Below are positions 49,301 through 60,301 of a DNA stretch of 64,000 nucleotides, piece by piece. The notes beneath the pieces were generated by a model. The model did no database searches. It was not told the DNA's origin and saw only the letters and a list, made by a program, of their open reading frames with translations. Each line of letters starts with the position of its first letter. Within the stretch, counting starts at the first letter, position 1. Source of the stretch: Lingula anatina (taxonomy: Eukaryota > Animalia > Brachiopoda). The stretch lies in the NCBI GenBank assembly GCA_051362555.1, contig CM120643.1, positions 10,788,001 through 10,852,000 of the forward strand, written 5' to 3'. A program made the position numbers and the translations under genes.

Positions 49301-51123
49301 GAGCGAGATAAGAAGCCAATTTTTATATCTTTAGCGAGAGATTATTCACAATCCAAGCAAGAAAAAATCCAGGGTGTATTTTTTAAGTAATTAAAAGAGA
49401 TAACAATTCTTCACATGACATTCATATTTCACAAAATATACACTGTAAACAACTCACAGAAATGTAAAAAATTCTCTTTTATCTCCAAAACAGTGGTTAT
49501 CTCAATTATTCTGGAATCTGTGCTTATCTACGGACCACATGACCTCTATACATGGCTACACATTATAATTATAATCTCTTAAGAGTTTAAAACAAAAAAC
49601 TCAAACTTTTTTGTGAAAAAAACTGGTGCTAAATTTGAATGTCAGAATGGATTCATTAACCACTGGTAAGTATGGGAAAATTGACAAATTAACAATGCAG
49701 ATTTAAGTTATCATTTTTTTTACACGTGCCCCGTAAATGCTATTTTTTCATTCAAGTCTTACTGGTTTTTGCATTTTTTGCACTAGAGTTTTGCTTATTT
49801 ATATTTATAGACATACCTTACTCATTCTGTAAGGCAATTACTTGCTTATAAATCTTTGCCCACTTGCATGTAATAGGTGAATCTCAACATGTCTAGTTTA
49901 TAAATTCAGAACACTGTCCTGCCTAATTAAATAATTTTAATTTGTGAAATTCAACGTTATTTAAAACTTTACAGCATAGGGTGCAAGTTTCCTGTTTACT
50001 GCATTTTTCAAATTCCTTTTTGCTTTTTCATGAGTTTGTATTTTTTCAATACCGAAAGTGAAACTAAATTGTGTTGCTTAACCTAGAAGGCAGGATTGAT
50101 AATTTCCTTACTTGTTATCAAATTCACTATCAATTAAAAAAAAAGGGATTGACTAATTTTGAATGTCTGAATGGATTCTATAACCACTGGTTAGTATTGG
50201 AAAATTATCATTTACCCCAGGAATATTTATTTATTTTCATTTTATTTATTTATTTTATTTTATTTTATTTATTTATTTATATTTTTTTTTTGTTGCAAAA
50301 ATGAACACTTGTTGTCCCATTAACAATGCAGATCTAAGTTATCAATTTTGGCAGCCCTACTCATATTTTCAATGACTACCAGTATATGCAAGCACTAGAG
50401 TAAGAGTAGCGGGCATTAAAATAAACTGAAAACTATACATGCTTGAAATTGTGCTATAAATTAATGGCTGGATTGCTGGGAGGGGGTATGGAAGAGCCAA
50501 TTAATCAGTTTTCCCAAAACATACATATGTAATGGGCATCTCAACTGGCAGTAAAATTAATTGGCTTTTAACCAGTGAGGCACATGTAAAGGTGTGAGAG
50601 AAAGGAAAATATTCAAGAATTTTGCACTTAAGTGGAGAAATAACTCTCATCCTAACTTAATCAAAATCTTTATGGCTCTAACACAAATAAATAAATAAAT
50701 AAATAAATAAGATTTGGCTACTAGTAATTGTTACTATAAAGTAACGTTTGTTCAAAAATTACAAACTGATACTATTTAGTTGTGACTAGAAAATCTGATG
50801 TTACTTAAAAAGTGTCTGCCGAAATAAATCGTTCTTATGATAATGTCATCACAACTTATTGAAAAACACCGGTTGAAAAATGAGGCTTCAGACTTGACAG
50901 ACTTGTGTCACTAGCACTTGTCAAGGTACTAGTATATTAAATTTTAAGTGTGGTAATTACCTTTGAACAACGGTATAACTGAATCCAACTCATTCTGCGT
51001 GAGGAAATCACACACTTCTTCAACTCCCCACTTTTTGAAAGACATCGACATAGCTTTTGGCTTCTTTTCCCAAGCTTCTTCGCTGTCAGCGAAAGGTTCA
51101 CTCTTTCGCTTGAGAGCTGCCAT
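20540..51123 (-). CDS. SAMHD1: SAM and HD domain deoxynucleoside triphosphate triphosphohydrolase SAMHD1 (~615 aa, 16 coding exons)
   Basis: Spliced exons give an N-terminal SAM domain, then [67 protein letters not shown] and LTPVR. Splice phases are all compatible (1848 nt). Confidence 0.96.
20803..21017. mobile_element. GATCGATC-family MITE
   Basis: Reverse-orientation copy of 14847-15065; TTA on both sides. Confidence 0.8.
21049..21782. mobile_element. Non-autonomous Harbinger-like DNA transposon
   Basis: Terminal inverted repeats gcccccatttcacaaaaaa / ttttttgtgaaacgggggc; CTG target duplication. Confidence 0.72.
21807..21944 (-). CDS. SAMHD1: SAMHD1 exon 15
   Basis: [22 protein letters not shown]...FIKWC. 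Confidence 0.93.
22407..22511 (-). CDS. SAMHD1: SAMHD1 exon 14
   Basis: [35 protein letters not shown]. Confidence 0.93.
23001..23240. repeat. 63-bp minisatellite, ~3.8 copies
   Basis: Unit cactgaattggaccaaataatttgttaaaaagtctaaaccaaattttgagctcaattat.tag at 23001, 23064, 23127, 23190. Confidence 0.9.
23305..23406 (-). CDS. SAMHD1: SAMHD1 exon 13
   Basis: [34 protein letters not shown]. Confidence 0.85.
23740..24780 (+). mobile_element. Degenerate Penelope-like retroelement 3' part (reverse-transcriptase thumb and GIY-YIG remnants)
   Basis: Broken frames [19 protein letters not shown] and [23 protein letters not shown]; terminal CTGAAGA...GAAA motif. Confidence 0.72.
25680..25878 (-). CDS. 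SAMHD1: SAMHD1 exon 12
   Basis: [29 protein letters not shown]...[13 protein letters not shown]. Confidence 0.93.
26516..26572 (-). CDS. SAMHD1: SAMHD1 exon 11
   Basis: [19 protein letters not shown]. Confidence 0.9.
26800..27871. mobile_element. GATCGATC-family MITE interrupted by a nested element
   Basis: TAG target duplication; the two halves rejoin to a complete copy once 26952-27802 is removed. Confidence 0.8.
26952..27802. mobile_element. Nested non-autonomous Harbinger-like element
   Basis: Terminal inverted repeats gcccctatttcacacagaccac / gtggtctgtgtgaaataggggc; TAA duplication; left end repeated internally at 27121. Confidence 0.82.
27963..28054 (-). CDS. SAMHD1: SAMHD1 exon 10
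   Basis: [30 protein letters not shown]. Confidence 0.95.
28308..28472 (-). CDS. SAMHD1: SAMHD1 exon 9
   Basis: [25 protein letters not shown]...QICSRDK. Confidence 0.95.
28802..28849 (-). CDS. SAMHD1: SAMHD1 exon 8
   Basis: [16 protein letters not shown]. Confidence 0.9.
29420..29566 (-). CDS. SAMHD1: SAMHD1 exon 7
   Basis: [27 protein letters not shown]...FIKEQIAGP. Confidence 0.92.
30030..30100 (-). CDS. SAMHD1: SAMHD1 exon 6
   Basis: [23 protein letters not shown]. Confidence 0.93.
30554..30801. mobile_element. Near-palindromic GATCGATC-family MITE
   Basis: TAA on both sides; arms are imperfect inverted repeats about a centre near 30680. Confidence 0.75.
31228..34841 (-). mobile_element. 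Helentron-type non-autonomous element (HINE-like), copy 1
   Basis: Read on the minus strand: TTTTT, tgtacagacac palindrome, (gtc)n-like microsatellite, ~160-bp and ~337-bp tandem arrays, subterminal tgtctgtaca, short hairpin, CTTGTT end. Paralog at 43058-48864. Confidence 0.72.
34957..35072 (-). CDS. SAMHD1: SAMHD1 exon 5 (HD motif)
   Basis: [39 protein letters not shown]. Confidence 0.95.
35129..35489. mobile_element. Kolobok-like MITE
   Basis: Terminal inverted repeats agggataataactctttg / caaagagttattatccct; ataa/ttaa flanks; relatives near 11863, 49394 and 59765. Confidence 0.72.
36132..36292 (-). CDS. SAMHD1: SAMHD1 exon 4
   Basis: [54 protein letters not shown]. Confidence 0.96.
37037..37764. 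mobile_element. TTAA-targeting (Kolobok-like) non-autonomous insertion in the LINE reverse transcriptase
   Basis: Imperfect inverted termini gggcata.aaa / ttt.tatgccc; removing it restores WGKHQF-NLLGIEF. Confidence 0.65.
39410..40300 (+). mobile_element. Vingi/Ingi-like LINE 3' fragment
   Basis: [60 protein letters not shown]. Confidence 0.8.
40868..40982 (-). CDS. SAMHD1: SAMHD1 exon 3 (3' boundary uncertain)
   Basis: [16 protein letters not shown]... (SAM terminal helix); weak donor gtacaa. Confidence 0.65.
41197..41296. repeat. Compound (TC)n(CA)n microsatellite
   Basis: Direct reading. Confidence 0.85.
41325..41391 (-). CDS. SAMHD1: SAMHD1 exon 2
   Basis: [23 protein letters not shown] (SAM core); ttcag / gtgagt. 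Confidence 0.85.
42050..42785. mobile_element. Non-autonomous Harbinger-like DNA transposon
   Basis: Terminal inverted repeats agcctgccacacacagaac / gttctgtgtgcggcgggct; TTA duplication; empty-site paralogs near 41743 and 50077. Confidence 0.8.
43199..45279 (+). mobile_element. hAT-like deletion derivative with zinc-finger remnant
   Basis: 17-bp perfect terminal inverted repeats cagtgttcattctagga; 6-bp duplication ATGCAC; remnant [12 protein letters not shown]...YCSFC...[17 protein letters not shown]. Confidence 0.8.
45927..46917 (+). mobile_element. Kolobok-like element with accessory-gene exon
   Basis: ttaa-agacagtctcag ... ctgagactgtct-ttaa; internal basic ORF (ATG 46228) ending ...[23 protein letters not shown] at a gtgagt donor. 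Confidence 0.75.
50961..51123 (-). CDS. SAMHD1: SAMHD1 exon 1
   Basis: MAALKRKSE...[25 protein letters not shown], start of SAM domain; donor gtaatt. Confidence 0.85.
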
Positions 51124-51559
51124 GCCACCGGAAGGAGTCGCTAACTTGAGCACGGCTAAAAAGGAGGGAAGATAGCTTTACAAAGACGCTATTCAAGTTC
51201 GTTTGTTAAAACTTCAAAACCGTGATAACAATCAGAGAAGCTTCATTTACTCATTCAATATGACGGAGGCTTCAAAATCGTCTAATAACAATTTGAATAG
51301 GCCAACCAGATAAAAACTGAAAGCTACACTGATTGTACGCAGACGAGTCCATTCAAAATCTCGCGAGACCATTATTATTGGAGATCACACATGGCGGACA
51401 CTTTGAAAAGGAATCCAAAGCGAAAGAGATATTTTTAATTTTCTGTGTTATTATTTTAACTATTTGCAGTTAAATCAAAAGATTCCAATAACACTTAGTG
51501 ATACAGAAGAGGGAGAATTATCCTAACTTGCAACAACGGTTCAGGGGTTTTGTTTTATC
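51124..51559. promoter_or_regulatory. Putative bidirectional promoter SAMHD1/TRIP13
   Basis: Divergent ATGs 436 bp apart; CpG-containing; TCTCGCGAGA palindrome at 51359-51368; YY1-like ACATGGCGG at 51389-51397. Confidence 0.72.
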
Positions 51560-51651
51560 ATGGATCAAGTGTCTGATCTCGAAGACGCACTTCCCGATTC
51601 TCACACTGTGCAGCTGGCCGTTCATGTTGATGTTTGTCAAAATTCGAGCAG
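51560..51651 (+). CDS. TRIP13: TRIP13 exon 1
   Basis: [30 protein letters not shown]; donor gtaaag. Confidence 0.85.
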
Positions 51652-54600
51652 GTAAAGAAATGATGTAATGGTCCTGGATGGAAAACAAAAATGTACATTT
51701 CAGGGAAGTCCAATAATTCATACCACTATATTCTGTTACTAAAGTTAAAATGTTGCACAGTTTTGGCACACATTGTACAGTGTTGTAGAGTTTTTGTTTT
51801 ACATTTAACAGTAGCATAAATTAACAGTAACCTACAGTTATTTACAAAGACAAGTACACATATCTTTACGAGAGCTAGCACAAAAACTTTCATGCTAAGT
51901 GCGCTAGATGGCAGAGAAGGGGCGGATCCAGAGCTATTTTCTGACCGTCTTCCAAATTATCTTTGTTGATCCATCCTCTATTTTTGACCATCTTCCAACA
52001 GAAAAAAATGAGATACTCATCAATGTAAACTTGAAAATCTGACCATCATCCAGAAGACGGCCTCAATCCGCCCCTGCCAGAGTGTGTTGGATGTAGATAA
52101 CTAGCAGAATGCCCTGGCTCTGAGTTGGCCAATGGGTCCAGCCTGCATCATTTCTTTCCCTCTTTTCTCAACTGAACTTAACACCAAAAAGCCAACAGAT
52201 TTACATCAATTTGCCGACATTTAAACTGTTATGGGCTGCCATCAACAAAATTTTTAGTGTCTGAAGTAATTTAAATCCTAATGCTGTGATGCTTTCATTT
52301 TCCTGCTTGAAAACAGTTTTAAAGTGCTGCTGGACAGAATTATGCTTCAAATGGAAGATGCCTTTGTTTAAAAATGGTACCCAGTAGATAAGTGCTTTTT
52401 GATGGCTCCTAGTCAGTAGGCTGGTTTAAAAATGATCAGACAGGTTAAAACCAAGTGTAGTTGAGCCCTAATTGTTTCTATGGTTGTCATGAATTGACAT
52501 TTTTTCATTTCAGTGCTGTATCTGGTGTGATAATAAAAGATCATGTGAAAAAATTACTCCAGCGACAAAGGGTTGCCTATCATGATTTAGTGTTTACAGA
52601 ATTCGATGACCCATTCCTACAAGAACATGTCCACACTGTAGCAGTTTGTGATATCCATTCAATGCAGAAGGAAAGAGAGGCAAGTACTGACCCATGCTCT
52701 TCCATTATATAGCTCTATTTATTCTCTCTCTTTTTTTTAGAATATTCCTCCATAATCAGAAAATAACCAAGTCTCAAACTAAACACTGTTTTAAGGGGGG
52801 CGGGTATTTGAAAGGAAGGTTATTTGAAGAGAGGGAGGTTTGTGAAGGGGAGTATTGACACTGCTACCCTTTCTTCAGTTTCTCAGTAAGAAAGATCTCA
52901 GAAAATTTCATAGGAAGCTAGTCTACCTTAAACAGCCACTCCACAGGATTTTCCTGCCAAAATGTATTTTAAGTATTTTTTCCACATGTTTGAAAATCGT
53001 CCAGAGTAATATTAATGTCCTGTAAAGCTTCTTATATTTCCCAACTTAGACTCTATAAAGACAATAAAACCCTTTAGACAAAAGTTTATCTGACTAACAG
53101 ATCCAAGGATCAAATCTGACTGACCTACTTGAAAGCTTACAGTGCAATCCCTACGGGAAATCTATTCTAATTCAGTGTCTATTAGTGGATTATGTAACAA
53201 GCTTTCAAGCCATATTTGATCCACAGATTTGTTAGTCTGCAGATCACCTTGTTCTGAATGTGCCCTATGAAGCAGAATTAGACACAGAGACAGGTAGGCA
53301 GGTACTGGGTCAGAGAGGAAGTAGGTCAGACAGAGGGAAACACTGGAATGTGCACAAATGGCAGTCTTTATATTTATGGACTTGGTACTGCTAAGTTTTC
53401 TTATAAGTAATATCTTCTTTTTTTTCTCTCTTTGCCTCCTAGCCAATAGACCTGTGTTCAGCTTTCTTCCTCATACACGTGTATCAGCTGAACGAAGACG
53501 GGCCTGCATCAGAAGAGTTGGATGAGGAAGATCTGGCAGCTGCCAGCCACTGGCTTTTACCAACTAGAGACTTTGATGGGTTATGGGATAGCTTGGTCTT
53601 TGATTCAGATATAAAAAATCAAGTAGGTGTTTAATCTATGATGGAATATATCTTGGTCCCTCTAGAGCTTCCAAAACTTTTTTTTTGTGAAAGACGACTC
53701 TATAATTTAATGAGATAATAACTATAGGGTTATATGGCTTAACATCATCTTCTAAGATTGAAAGACACTTTGTATCATAAAAATTATTGTCTCTCTGTTT
53801 TCATTTGATATTCATTTCATGTTGTGTATTATATTTCTAGCTGTTACAGTATGCCTCAACAACTCTCCTTTTCTCAGACAGAAAAGTAGACAGTAATATT
53901 ATATCTTGGAACAGAGTGGTACTGTTACATGGTAAGCTGCGTTATAGGGTTCATTTGGCACTGAGATTTTCCCTTTGTAAATTTTTTTATTGGCTTGTTC
54001 ATTTTGTTATTTGGTATTAATCACATTATATTTGAAGAACTAAGAAAAAGTTATAAATGTCAAATTGGAAGTAAGATGAATATTTCTTTAAGTGGGATTA
54101 GTGTAAAATATAATTTACAATTTTAGAAGAAGCCTATTATACTGTACTTAAAATCTCAATTTGAGCAGATTTAATTTGGAATTCTAAATGTTAGAGTAAT
54201 TACTCATTACAATTAATGCTAACAGCGTGGATTTATTTTGCCCTTAATAATTTTATTAACAAAATCTCAAAATGTTGATTCCAATACTTTGAAAAGTTGT
54301 TTGGCTTTCTCTTTGTGAGTGCCTGAAAATGACAAAACATGAAAAAATGAAATATTAAAAAAGACAAGATTTACTTGAAAGTGAATACAGTAATCATATT
54401 TCTGGCACAAATTTTTTCCAGACATTCCTCTTCATTTTCATTCTAGGTCCACCTGGCACTGGGAAGACATCTTTATGTAAGGCATTGGCCCAGAAACTGG
54501 CAATTCGATTATCTGATAGGTACAGCTATGGTCAGCTTATAGAGATAAATAGCCATAGCCTATTCTCAAAGTGGTTCTCTGAGGTAAGTTATATCCACAA

Positions 54601-57600
54601 GGATATATGTAATTACTTCCATGATCAAAGTATTTTTCTTATTTTTAAAAAATTCTTCTTGTCAAACTTTGTCTCCACTTTGTTTTGTGGTGATTTTAGC
54701 TCAGCTAGCTTGAGATGCGTTGTAATTGTAGTATAGTTTTTATCATTCAGTATAAAATAATAATGTTTGCCAGGGAATGATATTGTAGAATGTGTGCATT
54801 TAGAGTGTCTCACCCTGTGTGTGATGTCACAGAGGAAATCAAGTCTGCCAAAGCCACAGTGGAGAGCAAACATTAATAATATTTATTTGGTTCTGATGTT
54901 AATTGCTTGAGGGTGATGAAAAGGGTGTAATTTTTTTGACAATTTATTATTTTCAGAGTGGTAAGTTAGTGATGAAGATGTTCCAGAAGATCCAGGAATT
55001 GATAGATGATCCTGAGGCGCTGGTCTGTGTGCTCATAGACGAGGTGTGTAACAAGCATTCTTACTTCTTTTCTGTATCACAGATGAAATGTAGAGAGGAA
55101 AAGAACCTTTTGTGGTACATTTTGCAAACATGCAGGTCACATTTGAGTGGGATTCCACCACGTATGTGTTTCTTTTCTTTTTTTTGTTTTTTTGTTGTCA
55201 ATGTTGAGTGTATCACATTCACCTAGCTAACTCGTGGTTGTTCATTATTTTTCTGGAACACCTATGAATACATTTTCTGTATCCTGTGTTCAGATATTAC
55301 TAACTTGTAAGATGTGCAGGAACATTTATCCATTTTTAGCACCCTTTTAATCCAATTGATGAACAAAGATTTCTGTCAGTTGTGCTGTAATTTATTTATT
55401 TTGAAATTCTTCTGTGGCATGCTTGATTAGTGCTGTTTAATCAGCTTATGTTGAATATGTTAATGCTTGTTCATGTCTCAGCTGATGTGATTGTAAAAAT
55501 AGTAGTCTTCAATGAACTTATTTATTCTGTGTATTAACAGCTCTTCTATCCCCCCCCCCCCCCAAAGAAAAAGAACTGAAATGAAAATTTTTCCATCCCT
55601 GTGCCCAACATATCACTAGAAAAATTACTCCCAGCTTCTAGATGAGATTTTCAATCCTTTCAAAAAATAAAAGGTGTCCCGTTGTTTCTCCAACCTATCC
55701 TCCACACTTAGCAGCATCCTGTGTCTGCCATTGTATTTTTCTTTGTGACCAGGTTGAAAGTCTGACTGCTGCCAGGAAAGCCTCCATGTCTGGGAATGAG
55801 CCTTCCGATGCCATACGGGTTGTCAATGCACTACTTACACAAATAGATCAAATAAAAAGGTGAGACCTAAGAACATATTCACACCATACTTTGCACTTAC
55901 AATTTAATACATGAGATCTCTTTGAGTAAATCTCAAAAATTCATTTTGGTTGAATGTGATATTTTAAGTCTTTGTGAGTTGTAAACACTTTTTCTCTTGC
56001 AACCCTTTCCAGAAACTATATTGTGTACTAGCATATATTTCACAGCTTGTTTTACTGGTAACTCTCTTCCAGGAATCCTAATGTGATCATCTTGACCACA
56101 TCCAATGTGACAGGAGCCATTGACTTGGCCTTTGTTGACAGGGCTGACATAAAGCAGTACATAGGACCTCCGTCCCCAGCCGCTATCTATAACATCTTCC
56201 AGTCTTGTCTCAACGAACTTATGAGGGTAGGCTTATCAAGGAACAGCTAGGTGTCCCAGGGCCTGTTTCAGACAAGAAATTTAGGCTGTAAATTAGGCCT
56301 AACTCTAAGACTCAAAGTTTAGTCTACTTTGATCTAGGATAAATCAGTTGTAGTCCCATAAATGAAATATTGTGCATGTTTAAAAAAAAAAAAAAAATAG
56401 CAAATTTGACTACTTTTGATTTATCTTGAACTGAAGCAGAACAAATTGAAGTTCTTTTGTGAAACAGGCTTGAGGGACAAGTTACCAAAACAGTAGTATA
56501 TGTGTATGTGTGTGTGTGTGTGTGTGTTTTTGAGCTTAACTTAGACTTCAAATTTGCAAATTTGATCCAAGAGCATTTTCCCAACAGGTTGCTCACAATA
56601 AATGAAGTTGACAATTTTTAGTAAGCTTTTGTCATAAACTATAGTAAAAATAATTGTTTGGACAATCACAGTTTGCTAGATCCCAGATTTAATTGCACAG
56701 AACTGATCTGAACAAAAATACAACACGGGAGAACATCATGAGCACTACTGTTGTGCCTATGTAACACACCTTAGAGAAAAAATATACTTTCCACAACTTA
56801 AATTGTGAGCAAGTCTAGATTAGATTAAGAAAAAAATGTCAATGAGAAAGGAAAAGAAAAAAGTTAATGGCTTTAATTTTCATGAGTATTTTTACATTGA
56901 CTGATCTTCCTCATTAATTTATTTTTTTATTTTTCTCTCATGTTTCTTCCAGTCAGGTATCATAAGCCCTCCTCAACAGCTGATTGACATGAGAGCTCTG
57001 GAGGTGATGAGGTTTTCAGAAAACAATGCTACTAAGCTGAGTTTACGGCTGCGGCAAATTGCAATGTGAGTCTCTCTGTCTCTCTCTTTCTCTCTCATAG
57101 CATTGCTTTTTACTTGGAAAATAAATTATTGGTCTGCAATTTTTTCATTACTGCCAGTCCAAATGTCTAGTATTTGCAATTTTGTCTGTATAGGCTTTTT
57201 TTTTTTTTTTTTGCCACAGATTGTTTTATGTCATAGTCATTAATTTTTTTCAGAAAAAGTGAAGGATTGAGTGGCAGAACGCTCAGGAAAATTCCATTTT
57301 TGTCTCACGCCATGTATTTACAGGTATATTATTCTGATAAGAAGAAACACATTTAAAGCTATGGGTAACTTGATGGTGGGAGCTTTATCACATAAATCCT
57401 GATAGATGATAAATCAATGTTTTATGGTTGTCAAATCTCCATACATGCATGTTTATCTAGACTAATACATTGATGTAAAACTAAAATATTTAATGAAGGA
57501 AGTTAGTTCACATCAGACCTAGATACTTAACAACAGCTAAGCCTTATATTTTTTAAGGACATTGACATTAATTTGGCTTATATTCCAGCGACCAGCAACT

Positions 57601-57681
57601 ACTCTAGAAGAATACCTTGGGGCATTATCAAGGGCTGTAGACAGGCAATTTGAAGAAAGACTAGACCTATCAAAGGAATAA
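51560..57681 (+). CDS. TRIP13: Pachytene checkpoint protein 2 homolog / TRIP13 AAA+ ATPase (429 aa, 11 exons)
   Basis: Spliced exons give [26 protein letters not shown] (Walker A), [27 protein letters not shown] (Walker B), [33 protein letters not shown] and [13 protein letters not shown]; 1290 nt in frame. Confidence 0.97.
51918..52076. mobile_element. Short hAT-like MITE in TRIP13 intron 1
   Basis: aggggcggatcc / aatccgcccctg termini; diverged copies near 31394 and 45307 inside the Helentron-like elements. Confidence 0.65.
52514..52679 (+). CDS. TRIP13: TRIP13 exon 2 (GC donor)
   Basis: [18 protein letters not shown]...[13 protein letters not shown]...KERE|gcaagt. Confidence 0.85.
53443..53622 (+). 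CDS. TRIP13: TRIP13 exon 3
   Basis: PIDLCS...[13 protein letters not shown]...AASHWLLP...[11 protein letters not shown]. Confidence 0.93.
53841..53931 (+). CDS. TRIP13: TRIP13 exon 4
   Basis: [30 protein letters not shown]. Confidence 0.95.
54447..54583 (+). CDS. TRIP13: TRIP13 exon 5 (Walker A)
   Basis: [18 protein letters not shown]...[13 protein letters not shown]. Confidence 0.96.
54957..55043 (+). CDS. TRIP13: TRIP13 exon 6 (Walker B)
   Basis: [29 protein letters not shown]. Confidence 0.96.
55753..55859 (+). CDS. TRIP13: TRIP13 exon 7
   Basis: [35 protein letters not shown]. Confidence 0.96.
56073..56226 (+). CDS. TRIP13: TRIP13 exon 8
   Basis: [34 protein letters not shown]...SCLNELMR. 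Confidence 0.96.
56953..57065 (+). CDS. TRIP13: TRIP13 exon 9
   Basis: [37 protein letters not shown]. Confidence 0.92.
57254..57323 (+). CDS. TRIP13: TRIP13 exon 10
   Basis: [23 protein letters not shown]. Confidence 0.94.
57589..57681 (+). CDS. TRIP13: TRIP13 terminal exon
   Basis: [30 protein letters not shown]-stop. Confidence 0.9.
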   Translation, partial: RPATTLEEYLGALSRAVDRQFEERLDLSKE

Positions 57682-59006
57682 ATTAAAAGCAAAACCTCAA
57701 AAGCATGGGTTAAGACATGTTCACTGCCAAATGAACATAGAACAGAAAATTGACCAACATATGTCACCAAATTGCTATTAAGCATAGTAAACAACGCTAT
57801 GATATACGTAGTTGAATTTTCTGCATAAGATGACAGTAGTTTATGTACACTATTTCAATACAGCTCCCTGAGTATCAGAGTGTCCAAACAAATCAGTTTA
57901 TAATTGCCATTTGTGAATGGCGGGGCAGGTCGTGTACATTGTAGAGGAGAGCTCTGAAATTCAGGGTGAATCCAGGGATCTGTGATTTGAAATGTGACTC
58001 ACGGGTTGTAAAAGAGACAGATAAAACAATTAACTTATTTAAATGTAAGTTTTTATGTGATATATGAACAATTGTTTATTGTGACATAAAGTTTATTTTA
58101 TTGTTAAAATAGTCCTAATGTGTATTGGAGATGCCTGAAATAAGTACGGTTCTTAGGTCATCAAGTTGAAAATAAAATGAGATTGAAATTTTTATTCACT
58201 GAATTCTGCAACAAGATGGTTTTCTTTTTGCAAAGTCATATTTGAATGTAAGGGAAGTTTATTTAACACAGCCTTGGATATCAACGGTGCGAAGATTACA
58301 TAAAGGAACTGATGTTGCTCCAGGCCTAGGGGTGCCCAAGCTGGATTTTAACAGAAGCAACTTGACGGGACGGAGTGATTCGCATTTAAGACCTCGAGAA
58401 TGTATGCCAGCAAGCTTTTTTTAAATGAGCAAGTAATTGATCTTAATGAAGGCACGGGCAACCTAAACCAAGGTTTCAGGAATGCACTGAAACTAAGTCT
58501 AAACAGACAGTTTTCTTTCAAGTATCCCATATCGATCGCCGTTTTCCTAGAAATATCCATCATGGATAATTATAAGTTTAATGCCCCTTGTGCACCGCGA
58601 TCCTGCAATTAGGTTTTCTCTCATTTATATTGGTTCCCTTCAAAATAAATGTTATTATAAGTGTACAGATAGATTTTTACATGTCTGCTAAGTACGTTAT
58701 TTCTATTGGAGATATAACAGGGATCACCCAGACCACCTGTGATGTGGACGTCGATCGCAAATTGCGTGCGAATATGAAGAGAACGTGTTTGGAAACGTTA
58801 TTATAGAAGGTATAATTATAGAATATGACTGGAATACAGCGCCATGAAAACGCCAGGATTTGTAAATGTACCTGGGGTTTTCCCGCCACATAATCAATAC
58901 GTACGTACCATAATCCCCGCAGGTCAAGACGTGAAACCGTTATTTGCCTTGATAATGACAGAAAATCAATATTTTCTTATCCGCAACGCAAGCGAACCAA
59001 GTGGGG

Positions 59007-59012
59007 TATAAA
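59007..59012 (+). promoter_or_regulatory. Candidate TATA box for a non-coding first exon of the acyltransferase gene
   Basis: gggTATAAAgg ~1.3 kb upstream of the coding-exon acceptor; motif only. Confidence 0.3.
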
Positions 59013-60301
59013 GGAATTGGTGCAGTTAGGTGTTTTTCCTTAGCATTAAGGCAGGAAAAGCAGGCATACAGACTGTTGCTGTGTTCAGATGCGAGAGGAG
59101 GTGTCGAACTGGGACGGTTAAGTTTAAACTAAGATCTAATATACCATTTATTAGATCTTAGGTTTAAAGTAGGCCTACAGCACGTGTCTCTGACTGTCCC
59201 AAGGGTAGGGCTAGTATATAGGCATTGGAGATAGGGCATCTAAAGTAGAAGGCTTACATAATGTGTCTTTTAACGAGACCTCCACATAATCGGTCCAGGC
59301 TGACTGGGTGATCACGCGACTACTGGTAACTATGTATATATAGGACCTGCCCTGACGTGTCAATCACAGCCATTTTACGGGAGGAACCATTCCAAAGGTT
59401 AGTCGACTGTTTCATTTTAAAGATTAAAAGCTGTTTTGTTATAAAATTAGAGGAGAAATATGCACTGTAAAGGGATTATTTATGGTTCGAAGATTGATGC
59501 GGTAAAGATGGCGCAGGGCGATCAAAAATAAGCATGTCATTTTAGTCTGATAGGGGCAAGCTCGTGACAAGCAATGGGAACATATATTGTTTTAATCCAT
59601 TTATACGGGGGCTCCCTTATCAGAGTTTCGTCTACGTCTGTTAAGGCTTTACGTCGCTCTCCTCAGCTGGGAGATTGATTATATTAGCACAAAGATCCAT
59701 GCGTTAGCACTCCTATTGACGGTACAGCACAGCCAGTACATATATCAGAACCGTCAAAAGGAGTGCTAACTTTGAATGTTGAAATGGATTTATTAACCAT
59801 TGGTAAGTATGGGAAAATTGTCGTTTACCCCAAGAAAATTCATTTTTTGGTCAAAAGGAACAGTTGCTTTCCTTTTAAGTTCAAGCTGACCGTTAATTCC
59901 TTGACACGAAGCCTTTGCAAAGCTCCGTTGCAAATGTGTGCGGTAGATGAAATAACCCTATTCACGTTAATTTATCACAAAAAACGTTTTGCAAATATTT
60001 CTTACACTTTTACGTCCCCCTTCCTGTTTTTTTATTTTTATTTTAATATTTTTTTTATATTTCATGCCTGGCAATTTTAAAGACATTCAACAAGCGAATA
60101 ACCATTGTTTGTGCCCACCGACCATCTAATAAGCAAATCTATTTAGTGCCGAAATATTTATAAATGTAAAAAGGAGGAGGGATGTTAGTTATTTCATTCA
60201 GAAGCATCTGGTATACAGACCTCCCGGATAAGCACTCGATCAGTATTAAAGCCTGTTTACTTTATGTTTTTCAGGTTTATATTTGCACAAGTGTCATCAG
60301 A

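Noticed and set aside
20540-57681. Bacterial-style defence operon (dNTPase plus TRIP13, as in CBASS)
   Set aside because: Both are ordinary spliced metazoan orthologs; I saw no cyclase, HORMA or effector gene in the window.
60182-60301. Upstream ATG extending the acyltransferase to 548 aa
   Set aside because: Crosses a pyrimidine tract and AG acceptor at 60274, so it is likely intronic; the family-like sequence begins after ATG 60302.
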